DNA of 62,055 nucleotides, counting the filler, from Circinaria calcarea (Eukaryota), in the NCBI GenBank assembly GCA_051942165.1. It is 18 parts of 18 records of this genome, joined end to end, with 100 filler letters (N's around TTAATTAATTAA, not from the genome) between each part and the next. Parts side by side here need not be neighbours in the genome. Positions count along the whole stretch, not along the records: positions 1 to 3,369 come from JAVECS010002869.1; positions 3,470 to 6,836 come from JAVECS010002870.1; positions 6,937 to 10,303 come from JAVECS010002871.1; positions 10,404 to 13,768 come from JAVECS010002872.1; 14 more parts are not named here. One strand, given 5' to 3'. The notes beneath the pieces are model-generated. The model was given only the letters and a program-made list of their open reading frames with translations. It made no database searches and had not been told where the DNA came from. Shown piece after piece: positions 1 through 12,218 of this stretch. The position numbers were made by a program, and so were the translations under genes. How positions within the stretch are numbered: position 1 is the stretch's first letter; the number at the start of each line of letters is the position of its first letter.

Positions 1-1364
1 GCCAAAGTTGGGGGCGAGGGTGGTAGGTTACTTGTGGACCTTGGCGAATTTAGTTTGGGCAGCGCCGGTATACATTTACCCGGCCTTTAGGGCGAATCGG
101 GGGGAGGGTGTGGATAGGATATTCCCGTTTAGCTTCGTAGAGTATGTGAAGGGTTGATTTATCAAAAAAGTATTGGCGGGGAAGGAAAGTTAGAGGGGAG
201 AATAGTGAGCAGCAGGACAATTATTTTGAACGGGGAAAAGAGGATGGGTGTGGGTTGCTCGGACAGGCTTTTTGAAATGACTGAACACGGGAAAATTACA
301 GTTTCTCCAACCAGATTTCAGCCCCGATTCATATACCCTCATCTTGTATCCACCTCATCAGCCGAGTTTCAATCAATCCTCTTCACTCTACAAATCACCT
401 AGCACGATCCGATCCTATCCACAATTTCTTTTCCTACCCGCACCAAGATTTGGATATTAGGATCTAGGGAAAAGGGAAGGGGATGAGTGTATGGGCATTG
501 TCATTCACGAGTCGGTGAACTATAGTCATAGCTCCATCCTTGACTGCACACTCAAACTCTCAGCTCCTCCACTTCCTTTCCATCACTCTCTTACCCTGTC
601 ACAAGGCTCAACACCAGACTCCTCAACACCAGACTCACCGCAACCTTAGGCCGCGACAAAAACACGTTTTAACACTCTGCGTCGCCATACAGAAATAGCA
701 TTTTATCATCCATCACCCTTTCTCCCCGATGTATAACGCCCGAATACTGCGTTTCTCTTTCTTTATACAGTGTTTCGAACGGGTTTGTAGGATAGGCTTT
801 TGGCTTCGACTTTGGTTTTGAGTGACAGGAATGTGGGGTTTGGAGTTAAAAACATTGGCTGGCGGGTGCGATCGAGGAGGGAGGCACTGCGGGCGAGGGC
901 TTTGGAAGGGGAGGGGAGTTACTGAAGAGGAATCAATGGTGTTGATTATGCTGAGGGGATGGAAGGCTGGAGGTTGCGGGTGATGTTTCTGGTTTTTGAG
1001 GGGCTGACTAAAGTCATTGCTATCTATGTTCTCTCGGCTAGTGATGTTTTTGAATGTTGGGTGGAGGGCTGGTATTGCTGCTTGTTGAATACGTGGCATT
1101 GCCGCGTAATGAATGGGATGCCGTCAGTAGTCTTTCGAAGCTTAACTCGGCAGGCTCCACAATGACGACCGGGATTTGCTTCTCCAAGGTAGATGAGAAC
1201 GAATCTTGCATACGAATAGTTTGATGCTGATTACCGACTGCTTTGGGCTCTCTCACTTGGGTGATTCTGGTACTATCAACTCTGTTTTCTGGCGAGAATT
1301 TTAAGGAGTTACTGTGATTTGAAGTAAGCCCGAAGACTACCACCGGAGCTGTGGCTCAAAGATA

Positions 1365-2340
1365 TTAATCTGCATGGGCTTCTTTGATCTTCTTCCACCT
1401 CTCGAGCCTTGCATTTTGCTCCATTACCCTCCTCTCGAGATTCCGCAGTAAGCTTTCATTCGTGTTGGAAGCGAACTTCTGCACGAAGCCACCAACGAGA
1501 GGCAAAATCTCAGGGAAGCTCCTTTCTAAGAGGCTGTCTTCTGGTATGTTTTGATCGCTCTGGACCAACGGATCTATTAATTCTGTATCACCTTCCCATA
1601 AGTACTTTGCATAGCTTGTCAGCCTCTGTATACTTCGTTTGGATATTTTCTTGTGAGCGGATGTTAACGTGCGAGCATTGGGGTCTGCTCTCCCGTGGTC
1701 TATCTCGATCTTTTTTGATTCAAGAAGTTCCCAAGTTCGAGGTAGTTCTTCCGAAAGTTTCTCTTCTCTCGTAGCTTGGTGTTCAAAGAAATCCAATATA
1801 CCAATGTCAATGGTAGAAGTACCCCATCTTCGGGCGGGGCTTTCGAAACTAAAAACCTCTTTGCTATTGATCCATCACTGCCATCATTCTCCAATGACTT
1901 CAAAACCGCTAAAGTCGAGACTGCTGCTAGCAGTCCCTCGAGCTTTCCTTCTTGCAATGGTCAAGCACCGTCTTTCGTACGATGACATTGCTGCCTAGAT
2001 CGCCAGTCTTCTTAAGCTCATTCAAACTTCATGCAGCACGTATGTTCATGGACTGAAAGGATTCAAACGCAGGGAAAAAGAGATGTAGCTTTTGAATCAA
2101 CAGGCATGTACTGGAAAGCTTTCCATCATTCATGTCCTGGTAAGGTGGTGGGAGTATTATATTTACACTTTCTTCGGGAGTGAGAATTACCAAATACTCG
2201 TAGAGAATCCATTCTGCGTACCGAGTCCTATGCTTTTGATTCTAGACTTACTATTGACAGAGAAGGTCCGCATAGTGATATCCGGCCAATCCGGTTCATT
2301 GTCCAGATTCAGGAGACGTAGAATCTCGATTAAGCTTTGG
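1365..2340 (-). pseudogene. Augmin subunit HAUS6/Dgt6 N-terminal domain homolog, disrupted
   Basis: Minus-strand fragments in different frames: LRLLNLDNEPDWPDITMRTFS, AEWILYEYL..PEE, KLHLFFPAFESFQSMNIRAA*SLNELKKTGDLG..VRKTVLDHCK, EGKLEGLLAAVST and LLPLTLVYWISL. These follow the order of the fungal HAUS6_N motifs as I recall them. There is an in-frame TGA at 2029-2031 and at least 3 frameshifts. Confidence 0.75.
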
Positions 2341-2801
2341 CAATCGGTACCTTGAGGGGCAGTTCCCACAGCCTTGGGAGGCCTGCCCGTTGTATACTTG
2401 ATATATGCCTATCAAAGGAAAGAGTTTCTCTTCGTCTTGGACGGAGAGGATTCGGTAACTGCTCAGATCAAAAATTGACAATGACGCTGGTGGCGGAGGT
2501 ATAAGCACAATGAATCGGCCAATCATTCAAGCAAAGTACCTTGCAGAAGATCCCGCTGATATCGCCAAGTGATAAGATTTGTTTGTTGATCTGCAATCTG
2601 CAATCTGCAAGTCACACCGCTACAGTTTTCATATACAAACGTCACTACTACCCTCACCACCTGTTCTTCGACCGAGCGCCCTATAAATTCAGCGGCAAGT
2701 CCGGAATCTACCATTTGCACTTCTGAAATTCCAACTTTTTTCGGTAGACAATCTGAGCATCTAGATACATCACGCTAAGCGAGCACGAGTAGCAAGCAAA
2801 A

Positions 2802-3369
2802 ATGGTTCTGGAGGATGAGATCGCAGCTCAGAAGAATACCAGCGTTTTACCAGAACTTACCACCCCTACAGCACGACCTCAGCTCCCAACTCAACTCAGC
2901 CCCCCAATACTTCCAGGCCAATGGTCCGTCCAAGCCGGTAATCTACACCCTCTCCCTTCTCCTCTGTCTCTCCACCCCAAACTGCACAGAGTACAGTTAA
3001 CAACCCCACAGTCCTCTCTACTCTCTCCTCCGCGCCCACAACTACTCCGGCCCCAACAACACCCATTCCCTTCCTCCACCTCCTCACCCGCCTAAAAACC
3101 ACCCCGCGCGAAGGCTGGCGCCGCTTCGGCATCTCCAACGGCGAATCGATCGCAGACCACATGTATCGCATGTCCATCCTCACGATGCTGGCCCCTTTGT
3201 CCCTCTCCTCCTGCTTGGACATCCCCCACTGCACGAAAATGGCGCTGGTGCACGATATGGCGGAATCACTTGTTGGCGACATAACGCCTACGGATGGGAT
3301 ACTAAAGAAGGAGAAGAGTCGGAGGGAGAAGGAGACGATGAAGTTTCTGACGGAAGGATTGTTAGGGGC
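2802..3369 (+). CDS. HD-domain 5'-deoxynucleotidase (HDDC2/YGK1-like), 3' truncated
   Basis: Intron 2938-3011 (GT..AG). The spliced protein has FLHLLTRLKTTPREGW, ESIADHMYRM and KMALVHDMAESLVGDITP. Confidence 0.9.
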
Positions 3370-3469
3370 NNNNNNNNNNNNNNNNNNNNNNNNNNNNNNN
3401 NNNNNNNNNNNNNTTAATTAATTAANNNNNNNNNNNNNNNNNNNNNNNNNNNNNNNNNNNNNNNNNNNN
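3370..3469. other. Artificial contig-joining spacer (first of 17 identical N44-TTAATTAATTAA-N44 linkers)
   Basis: The same 100-nt linker, with stops in all frames, occurs at 3370, 6837, 10304, 13769, 17232, 20691, 24150, 27607, 31061, 34510, 37959, 41407, 44853, 48299, 51743, 55183 and 58621. Intervening segment lengths decrease from 3369 to 3335 bp. Genes are cut at the linkers. Confidence 0.99.
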
Positions 3470-3700
3470 GGAGGGGGGGAACGCTGAGTAATGAAGGGCG
3501 ATGTGAGGGAGAGGATTTTTCGATCAGACATACTCTGCCCGTCTACTGCTTTTTGTCCGTTTTTTATCGGCTCAGGTGCAACTCACCCCGAGTAGGTTGA
3601 GTCCTTCTAGGCGCTGGCGGGGTATGATGGTGACCAGTTCCATTTCGCAAAGGAAGGCGATTTCTTGGGGCGTCAGGCCAGGAGGTAGTGTTGAAGCCAT
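3470..3700 (-). CDS. PSF2: GINS complex subunit Psf2, first exon, 3' truncated
   Basis: ATG at 3700. Translates [38 protein letters not shown], then a GTGAGT donor. Absent from the ORF track (too short). Confidence 0.85.
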
Positions 3701-3925
3701 CTTATGAGCGAGCTAGGTAATTGAAGATCTTCGTGCACTTCTGGTTACCAGGAAAGTATTTTGGATGATTCGAGGTTGAGGAGCATGACCTAGGGCAGGT
3801 AGGCTATGAATAGATGGAGACGCGGCTTAGCGTTTACTAGGCTATTCCGAGCTGTTCGCATTGTTCTCATGGCATCAAATTTATTAGAGCTCACAAGGAG
3901 GACCCATTCGTTCTCTTGAGAGGGT

Positions 3926-3931
3926 ACGCGT
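3926..3931. promoter_or_regulatory. Possible MCB (MBF) element ACGCGT in the PSF2/ALG10 divergent intergenic region
   Basis: Exact ACGCGT plus a second ACGCG near 3820, upstream of a replication gene. The motif is short and may be chance. Confidence 0.3.
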
Positions 3932-3947
3932 GAATCCCTCTCATGCC

Positions 3948-5864
3948 ATGGAGGGTAAAATTAAAAATTCTCCCTCGCTGCCAACATTCACACGGTCAAG
4001 CATCCCTGCCCAAGCGGCCCTACTTCTTATAGGCACCTTTTGGTTTTTTCAGGTTGCCAAATATGTACCGGAACCATACCTTGTCAGAGCCTCATCTTCG
4101 TCGGAACACTCGTCTTACCTTGCTGAGAGACACTAGGATGAAGTCTTCCATGTACGGCAGGCGAAAGCTTACTGGGATAATCAGTGGAATGTCTGGGATC
4201 CTAAAATTACTACACCGCCTGGGCTGTATGTAACTTTCCGTCCTTTCTCTTGCTGGGTGGCTGATGTCTAGGAAGATATATCATGTCCTATGTATATTTG
4301 TGGTTACTCAAAGCCCTCCGAATCCCTGGAAATTTGACCATTCAACTACGTGGTCTCAACTTGGGCGCAGGGGTGTGCTTTATATATTTTGTATCTCGTC
4401 AATTACTACACTATGCATCTGGAATTGCTTCCCGGACGTCTTTCAATGTGTCCTCTCTCTCCACCATAGATCATGGGGCACTCAACATCTGTCTTTTCCC
4501 ACCTCTTTTCTTCTTCTACGGATTATTTTATACCGATGTTCTTTCTGCAGGAATCATCCTCTATGTATATATCAAGTTTCAGGAAAGAAGCAAGGTGAAG
4601 ATGGTCCTAGGAAGTCTTCTGGCGTTGTTACTCCGACAAACCAAATATCTTCTGGGTAGCCGTCTACTTTGGTGGCCTCGAAGTGTTGCGGACTTTGAAA
4701 AGGGGCCGGCAAGGGCTAATTCTCCAGGCAAGATCATCGTTTTCGGACGTGGTTGTTAGAAGTTGGCAGACTGGCTGCTTTTATGATCCATTAGTGAGCA
4801 ATGCACAGTTCGAAGGTCTGTGGCTCAGCCTTCTGGCATTTTGTCAGGGACTAATCGTCTATTCCTAGATTACCTAAAATGCAGCATATCTCTCGTATTA
4901 GCGTTCTTGACGAATTTGCAAGTCATTCTATATGCCCTCATTCCATACCTCATTCTCCTCGGCCTGTTCGCAACGTTCGTCCTCTGGAACGGCGGCGTCG
5001 TCCTTGGTAGCTGCTTCTCCTCTCCTACCCTCTACCAAAAGCCATACTAACAGACTCCCAGGTGACAAAGCCAACCACATTGCCTCCCTCCATCTCCCCC
5101 AAATGCTCTACATCTGGCCCTACATTACCTTCTTCTCCCTCCCCCTCCTCTACCCTTACTTCCTCGCTCTCCTCCCCCAACAGCTTCTCCCATCACCACT
5201 TCGCTCCCCATCATCTTCTCGAACCTCTCTACCCCGCCTCAAAGTCTCTATCCCTACCCTCCTCGTTATGGGTCTAGTGGTCCGCTACAACACCATCGTC
5301 CACCCCTTCACCCTCGCCGACAACCGCCATTACACCTTTTATGTCTTCCGCCTTCTCCTACGTCATCCAGCCATCAAGTACCTCGTCGTTCCCATCTACT
5401 TCCTCTGCGCATGGAGCGCCATTTCCGCCCTGGGCGGCTTACCGGAAGAGCCGTCACGTGCTGCTTGCTCACCTTCACGCTCGACACCGAGAACAAAACC
5501 CCCCAAGCTCGACGCCCCACCTGGGCACGCGAATACCCTCTCCTCCCCCGCCACAACCGCCACAGTCCTCATCTACCTCCTCGCGTCCACCCTCTCCGTC
5601 ATCACAGCACCCCTCGTCGAACCCCGCTATTTCATTGTGCCTTGGCTACTCTGGCGATTGCAAATTCCCACTGTCTCTCCTTCCGCCTTATCCCACCAAT
5701 CAGACCCCCGGCACGAGATGAGGGTAAAATTCTATACGAAGGATATTCTCTTCTTCGAGACGGGGTGGTTCTTACTCATCAACAGTGTGACGGGGTATAT
5801 CTTTTTACATTGGGGGTTTACATGGCCGCAGGAGGAGGGGAAGGTGCAGAGGTTTATGTGGTGA
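3948..5864 (+). CDS. ALG10: Dol-P-Glc:Glc2Man9GlcNAc2-PP-Dol alpha-1,2-glucosyltransferase (Alg10/Die2)
   Basis: Multi-exon. Motifs [70 protein letters not shown] and C-terminal QRFMW. One apparent +1 frameshift at AAA 4643-4645. Confidence 0.93.
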
Positions 5865-6189
5865 AGGATCGAGGGGGCGAGGACGAGGACGGTGTATTTG
5901 GGTCACGTGGGGCAGAGGAGGGAAGAGAGAGATGGAAAGTAAGCAAAGGTGGAAAAATGATTAGCAGCAGTAGGTGTGGTAGCTATTGAATTTGCCATAG
6001 CATGCCCGTCTCCCCATGTCATTATCATTGTTCTCAATCTTGTCCCCGTTTTCAACCCTCAAACACCCCTTCCGTTAGAAACCTAGCCCAAGCAGACAGC
6101 CACAAGGTCACAATTCCTTGCCAATGTCCCTAACCCAGTCTCCATATTATCCTTATCCCGACCAAACCCCCTCTTACCTAAATTTGAAT

Positions 6190-6836
6190 TCACAAAATCC
6201 CCTCCAACACGCCCCCCTTATCCCTGCTCTCACCATCCAACCTCTCGGCCTCCTTCCTCAGCACGTCCGCCCGAAACTTCCGAAACGCGCTCTCGATCCT
6301 CGCCCTGCTGTCCGGGTCCCGGGCGATGGTCCGGCTGGCCGAATACGAGCCCGTGATCAGGCCCGTTTCGCCCCCCAGGAATAACCCGCCCGCGCCGAAG
6401 AAGAGATAGGTGGCTATATCGCCAAGAGTGGTGGGCGCGAGGAGAGGGGTGAGGTCGGGGATAGGTTCTACATTTGCATTGCCATGAAGTCAGTCAGTGG
6501 GGCTGAAAAAGGAACAGGAAACCCGCTCAGGAAAAAAACGGGAAAAACGAAAGAGAAAACACGGACCGGTCCTCCCGCTCGCAAACACCACACTGACGGG
6601 CTTCTCCCGGGCGCGGAACGCGTTGAACATGGCCGTGCGCGCGTTCCGCAACCGATACGCCATGAATGCGCCCAGGCCGAGACCGAGCAGCGAGCCCAGC
6701 GTCGCGTGCGTCGAGAGCTTGGCGGCGGCCGAGCGCAGGACGTCCCGGTCGGTGGGGGGGAGGTCGTGCTGCAGGTGCTGCTCGGCGAGGGTGGAGAGGT
6801 CGCGGGTGTGAGGGGATGAGCGGAGGAGGGCGAGGG
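6190..6836 (-). CDS. Conserved fungal hypothetical membrane protein, 5' truncated
   Basis: Two exons: ..AEQHLQHDL..KLSTHATLGSLLGLGLG..AFRAREKPVSVVFASGRT / PIPDLTPLLAPTTLGDIATYLFFGAGGLFLGGETGL..RIESAFRKFRADVLRKEA. TGA at 6190-6192. Confidence 0.7.
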
Positions 6837-7016
6837 NNNNNNNNNNNNNNNNNNNNNNNNNNNNNNNNNNNNNNNNNNNNTTAATTAATTAANNNNNNNN
6901 NNNNNNNNNNNNNNNNNNNNNNNNNNNNNNNNNNNNCCCTTGTCCGGCCCCACGTCCCGTCCTTGACTGGCTATTATATGTTTATTTTTAGGGGGGGCCA
7001 GTGTTTGCGGTTTCAT

Positions 7017-7272
7017 TTTCCAGTGGTTGGTTTTTACATTTTTAGATTTCATGCATTGCAGCGTAAATTCATACATCTAGAGACATATACACAGTATCTG
7101 ACTGATTACTTTGGTGTGACCCTTTGGCTGTGTTTCGGTTTTCCGGTATGTTGCGTTTCATGTTTCATGCAGCGTAAATTTGAATATACACGTCTGACTT
7201 TTCGTCGTTTTCCAGTGCTTTCACATTTCCAGATTTCATGCAGCGTAAATTCATACATCTATATACACACGT
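7017..7272. repeat. Three degenerate direct repeats downstream of the GH31 gene
   Basis: Core TTTCATGC(ATTGC)AGCGTAAATT at about 7047, 7163 and 7234, each preceded by TTTCCAGT/TTTCCGGT and followed by ATATACAC. Confidence 0.6.
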
Positions 7273-7324
7273 CCCCCTCACTCCCTTTTCCCTCCTTCTT
7301 GCCTCCCTCTCCTATTCACCTATT

Positions 7325-10303
7325 CTACCACCTCAACTCCCAATCACCAGCCCAAGCACCCTTGGCGGTAGCATTACTCAAGTTGGTAATACACAACACC
7401 TTACTATTCTCATCGTAACTCACCCCACTCGTAATGACCATTCCGTTCAGCGAAACATTGGACACGCTCTGCTGCACGCCTAGGATGGTGATATTGGCGA
7501 GGGGGTTCGTGTCGGTAAAGTTACCGCGGCCGGAGGCGAAGAGGGTGGAGGAGGAGGCTGTGAACTAGAAGGTTTGGGAGATATGTTAGTATACTTGGAA
7601 AAAGCCAAAGATAAATGAGGGAAGCTGACCTTGATATATAGAGTTGTATTCGGGTTGACGCTCTCGCCGTCATCAAGGTAGAGAGATCCACTCGCCGCGC
7701 CCTCAAGTCCTAAAGCGACAAGTACACTCCACGGCGTTGCTCTCGCATCTCTGGTCGTCATTGCAGGTTGCTGCATAGCAAGTACGTTTCCACCTCTTAC
7801 ATATACAGGAATGTGTCCCAATAGAGCATCAATGGTAACGTTTTGCCCGGCGACGCTAGCATCCACTGCGGTTTGGTTGTACCAATCGTAGTAGACCTCT
7901 CCCTTTCCGACACCTGGGAAAACACCATCCACAGTGGTGGCACCCTGTTCGAGAACTGGAGTAACAAGAATGGCGGGACCCAGGAAGAATTGGCGATCAG
8001 CGGCCACAAGAGTAGGATCGTTGGGAAACTCCCAAGTCAGAGCTCGCATAACTGTAGAGCCAGTAGTGTGGGAGAGGTAAAAGAGAGTGTACATATAAGG
8101 TAAAAGTTGGAAGCGGATTGCCATGGCAGTCTTGGTAGCATCGATGACGCTGGACCAGACATAGGCTTCTTGAGGGATGGTGGATAGGGTGTTGTGGTTA
8201 CGGTAGAACGGGAAGAAAGCCGATAGCTGCATCCAGCGATTGCAAAGTTCCTCGTCTGCGTTACCTTGGAATCCGCAGGTATCTACGCCGAACATGGGAA
8301 TACCAAACAGTGAGAATGATAGAGCCTGGGGGATGGAAAAGAACATGTATGCCCATCTGGAGAAATTGTCTCCTCCCCAGTGACCAGCCCAGACGCCTGA
8401 CCCTGCAAATGTTGATCGCCCGATAATGAATGGACGTTTACCGGGGAAGATATTCAAAAGAGCCTGATACGTTGCATTGAGGATTTGATGACCGTAAAGA
8501 TTATGGACATCATACTCCTGGACACCATTTGCATGAGTTGCATTGGGGCTGACAGCATGAACGGCCAAGTCCTATGGAGGACATTAGCAGCTTCAAAGGG
8601 TGAACTGAAATAACAAACGTACCCCTTGCACATTGTTAATTACATAAGGTGGATGGTTAACATCGCGAACACCAGGGGTTACCGGCGTCCTTAAGTGATT
8701 GGCAGTCATAGTAGGGGTGGCTGCTGCGGCATTGGCAGCGGATTGAGAAGCTGATGCCGAAGCTACAGCTGATGCTTCGGTGGCATTCGTCAAGTTAAAG
8801 CCTTCTGGGTAATCGTAAATAACAGAACCAGGTTCACCAGGTAGGTTGAAAGGAGGATGGACAGGATTCATGCTGAGATTGCCCTACTTCCAATTAGTAG
8901 GAAGACCACGACGGAAATTTGTGCAATACCCCCCAGCGCCCATAACTCGGGCACCTGGATTTCCCCAATAGAGTCACTAGGGCAAGGGCGAAGTATATCC
9001 AGACATTAAAGACGTGATGAATACTGGTATGGGGAAGACACTCGTTTTAAATTGAGAAAGGGATGGGGCCTTACCGAACCACAGCTACCAACGCAAAAAG
9101 AGCTGACTTCTGACATATCAATCCAGATGCCATCAAAGTTGACCTTGTCGTGATAGGTAATCACTTCATTTATCCACCAAGGACCGCCATTACCAAGCCA
9201 ATCGGCGAATACCGTATACCCAGGCCAGACTTCACCGATATAAGTACTTCCATCGGGATTGGTCAGGAAAGTTCCCGCAGTAGCGTTTCCCCTGGTAAAT
9301 GGCTCATATCTGCCTCGATGTCAGCTTCAGAACGAACATGTTGGGATTGAACCTTACGCATCGCTAGCATTATTTGGATTGGGCACATAGACCGCTGCAT
9401 CTATGATCGGGATATAATGTTGGCCGTTGGCATGGAGTCTCGACAAAAATTGCTCTCCTGTGGTGTAGTTATACCGAATCTGATCATTGTCAAAGTCACG
9501 GTACTGATTCATGTAATCGATATCAGTCCTATGAGAACCCTAATCAGCACCTTTACCGAGGCATACTCGTGAGTTTCGGAATTCACCATATACTCTCCAA
9601 GGGAATGGAGAACTTCGCGTAGGTGTCTACGACTTCTTCAACGACACTCCAGTTTGCATAACCCCAGCGACATTGATGAAATCCAAAAGTGAAATACTGT
9701 TGCATAGCGGGAACGCCAATAGCACTTTCTTGATAGGCTGCCGTGACCTGTGGCTGTGTTGGTCCGGCGAAGAAATACAAATCGATGCTGCCACCAATCT
9801 GGCGCCATGTAATGTTGGTCGGGCGAAGCAAGATCTCCTGGCCGTGAGCAACACGGTTATATACTCCATGAGAATATGACACGTAGTTTCCGGTATCATT
9901 TATCGCATTGGGAGCATACGTAAGGGCACCAGTAGTAGAGTTTACCTCGTAAAAGCGAGTATCAAGATAAAAGGGGTGAGATCCGTATATGTTATAATCC
10001 ACAGGATCACCGATATCCGCCGCCCATATTGTCTACCAAGCGTCAGTGAAACCACCCAGATATGAAACGTTATGCGACACTGACCTTGGTGAAGTTGTTG
10101 CCCAATCTTAGCCCATGGATAGTCTCCCCCAATCCATACAGATTGTAGTTTTCTGGCAACGCACTAGCGAACTCAATGAATTGGTTCTCAAAGACTAGCT
10201 TAGTGCCTGCGGTAGAGAAGAGCACATCTCCAGTCGACACTCGGTATACGGAGAACGAGAAAGTAGGGTCGTTACTCCAGACAAAGCTCAAGTCACTCGT
10301 CAA
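7325..10303 (-). CDS. GH31 alpha-glucosidase (secreted type), 5' truncated
   Basis: Motifs YGSHPFYLDTR, GFHQCRWGY, catalytic GIWIDMSE, HWGGDN, MFGVDTCGF and RWMQLSAFFPFYRNHN. Ends GAWAGDWELRW-TAG at 7325. Confidence 0.95.
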
Positions 10304-11213
10304 NNNNNNNNNNNNNNNNNNNNNNNNNNNNNNNNNNNNNNNNNNNNTTAATTAATTAANNNNNNNNNNNNNNNNNNNNNNNNNNNNNNNNNNNNNNNNN
10401 NNNGTCCCCCATTCCCAGTCCCAGTCTCCCCGTTCCCCCCCATTTTCTTTTTTTTCTTTTTTCTTTTTTTTGCGCGGAGCCGGGAGTGGAGAACGGGAGA
10501 ACGGGAGAAAATTCATGCGGTTTTTTTCTGGGAATTGGAATTGAGAATTGAGAAATTGGAATTGAGAATTGGAAATATTGGTAGTGGGGCGGTAGGAGGA
10601 GTGGGAGGAGTGAATAGAGGTGAGGAATACAAACAAAAGTTGGGTGGGTGCCCCTTTGGTGCGCTTTGGTGCGCTTTACTGCCGAGTGTGTGTGATGGGT
10701 AGTCGAAAATTGAAAATCGAAAGTCGAAAATCGGGCAAGGTGGACGCGGGGGGTGGCTGGGAAGGTCGGAGAATTGGTTTTGGTTTTGGTGTGTAGGACT
10801 GGGCAGGGGGAAAGCAGAAGGATGAATGGTACAGGGCTGGAAGGATAGGATTAACTCCCTTGGGATATCCTATTTTTGAAGGAAAAAGGGGGGAGGGGAA
10901 GATTTCGAAAAATAGGCAACCAAAGTATCCATTGTCAGTCCTCTGTTGGAATGCCAGAAGAAAAGCTAGCGTACATAATATCGGAACCTAAATCTTCCCA
11001 GGCCTGCAGATTGCTCTCGAAAACGACCCGAAAAGCCCAAGCAGATAGGATCAATCATGAAAAGAAAAGGGGGTATCTCCGTGATTGGGGGAAAAAAAAA
11101 AAAAAAAAAAAGGTTTAGTGGCATTCAAAAGCATTATCCCGAAATCCTTGCCCCGTGTTATAAACCTTGAACACCAGCCCATTCATGCGGGAGGGGGGGA
11201 CCCGCGGATGCTT

Positions 11214-12218
11214 TTACATAACGACACAGCAAGCTCTCTCGAGCTTCCTTAACAACCTGGGGAGGTATTTCTTCACTGCGGCTTCGATTTCTGCGTTTTG
11301 ATCGTGGGGTTGTTGGTGCTGTTGGTATTGTCCTCCGTATTGCTGCTGGCCTCCATATCCCGGCTGTGGTCCTTGATAGCCTCCGTGTTGCTGTTGGCCA
11401 TGATGTTGCCCTTGACCTTGATGCTGCTGATGTCCACCCCCATGCGAGCCGGAATGCTGCGGCATCTGCGCCGGTCCGCCGGTCAGGTTAATGTAGATTC
11501 GGCCTGCATTCTCTTCTGTAGCGTATTGTAGGTGTAATTCCCGGCAGATTTGCTCCACGCGCGGTTTTATCTTTTGAATGTGATTGACCGAGTGATTGCC
11601 TTTGCCGACAATGCTAAATTGTCCAACATTCAATGCCGATTAGTCGGCGATTCTCCGTCCAAAATGCGCTTGCAGGGCGCAAATGCGGCGCTGGTAGATA
11701 GAGGGCGGGTAACTCTTACACGTGTAAATGCGTTTGTCCATGCTGTTGCGCATACTTGATCCTCGCTTCCAGGATATCCTCCGCTTCCTCTACGAATTGC
11801 CCGTGTAGATCTATCGTATCCCCGTCAACGCGACCCACGGCGTTGTTCTCCCGGAAGATGAAGTCCGAGGCTTGCTTATTGTATTGCTCCATCATCTGCC
11901 CATGGCGTTTGCCTTCTTCCGAAAATTGATGCGCTGCTTCGCGATCGCCACGCTCGTAGGCGTTGCGGGACTGGAAGGAATTGTGTCAGTATGGTATTGT
12001 ACATTGGAAATCGAGGAGGTCGGGGAGAGACTTTGTCAAAACATGACGAACGCTTGGCCTGTTCCTGACGAGCCAGATTGCGTAAACGGTCATACTCTGC
12101 TTCGGAGTCACTGCTTTGACTATGGTTGAAGGCTGGGATTGAAGATTAGCGGGATCTACAGAGTGAGGGCGAGAGGATTCTTACCGCGGGCACCCAATTG
12201 GGTCATTGGATATGCCAT
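11214..12218 (-). CDS. DUF1771 + Smr-domain protein (YPL199C-like) with Q/G/H-rich tail and C-terminal CCVVM
   Basis: Four exons: EAEYDRLRNLARQE, ASDFIFRENN, TIDLHGQFVEEA and HVIVGKGNHS (Smr signature). Confidence 0.88.

Noticed and set aside
10404..10800. GAGAATTG-type and CTTTGGTGCG short repeats
   Set aside because: Low-complexity simple repeats at a contig end, with no unit-spacer structure.
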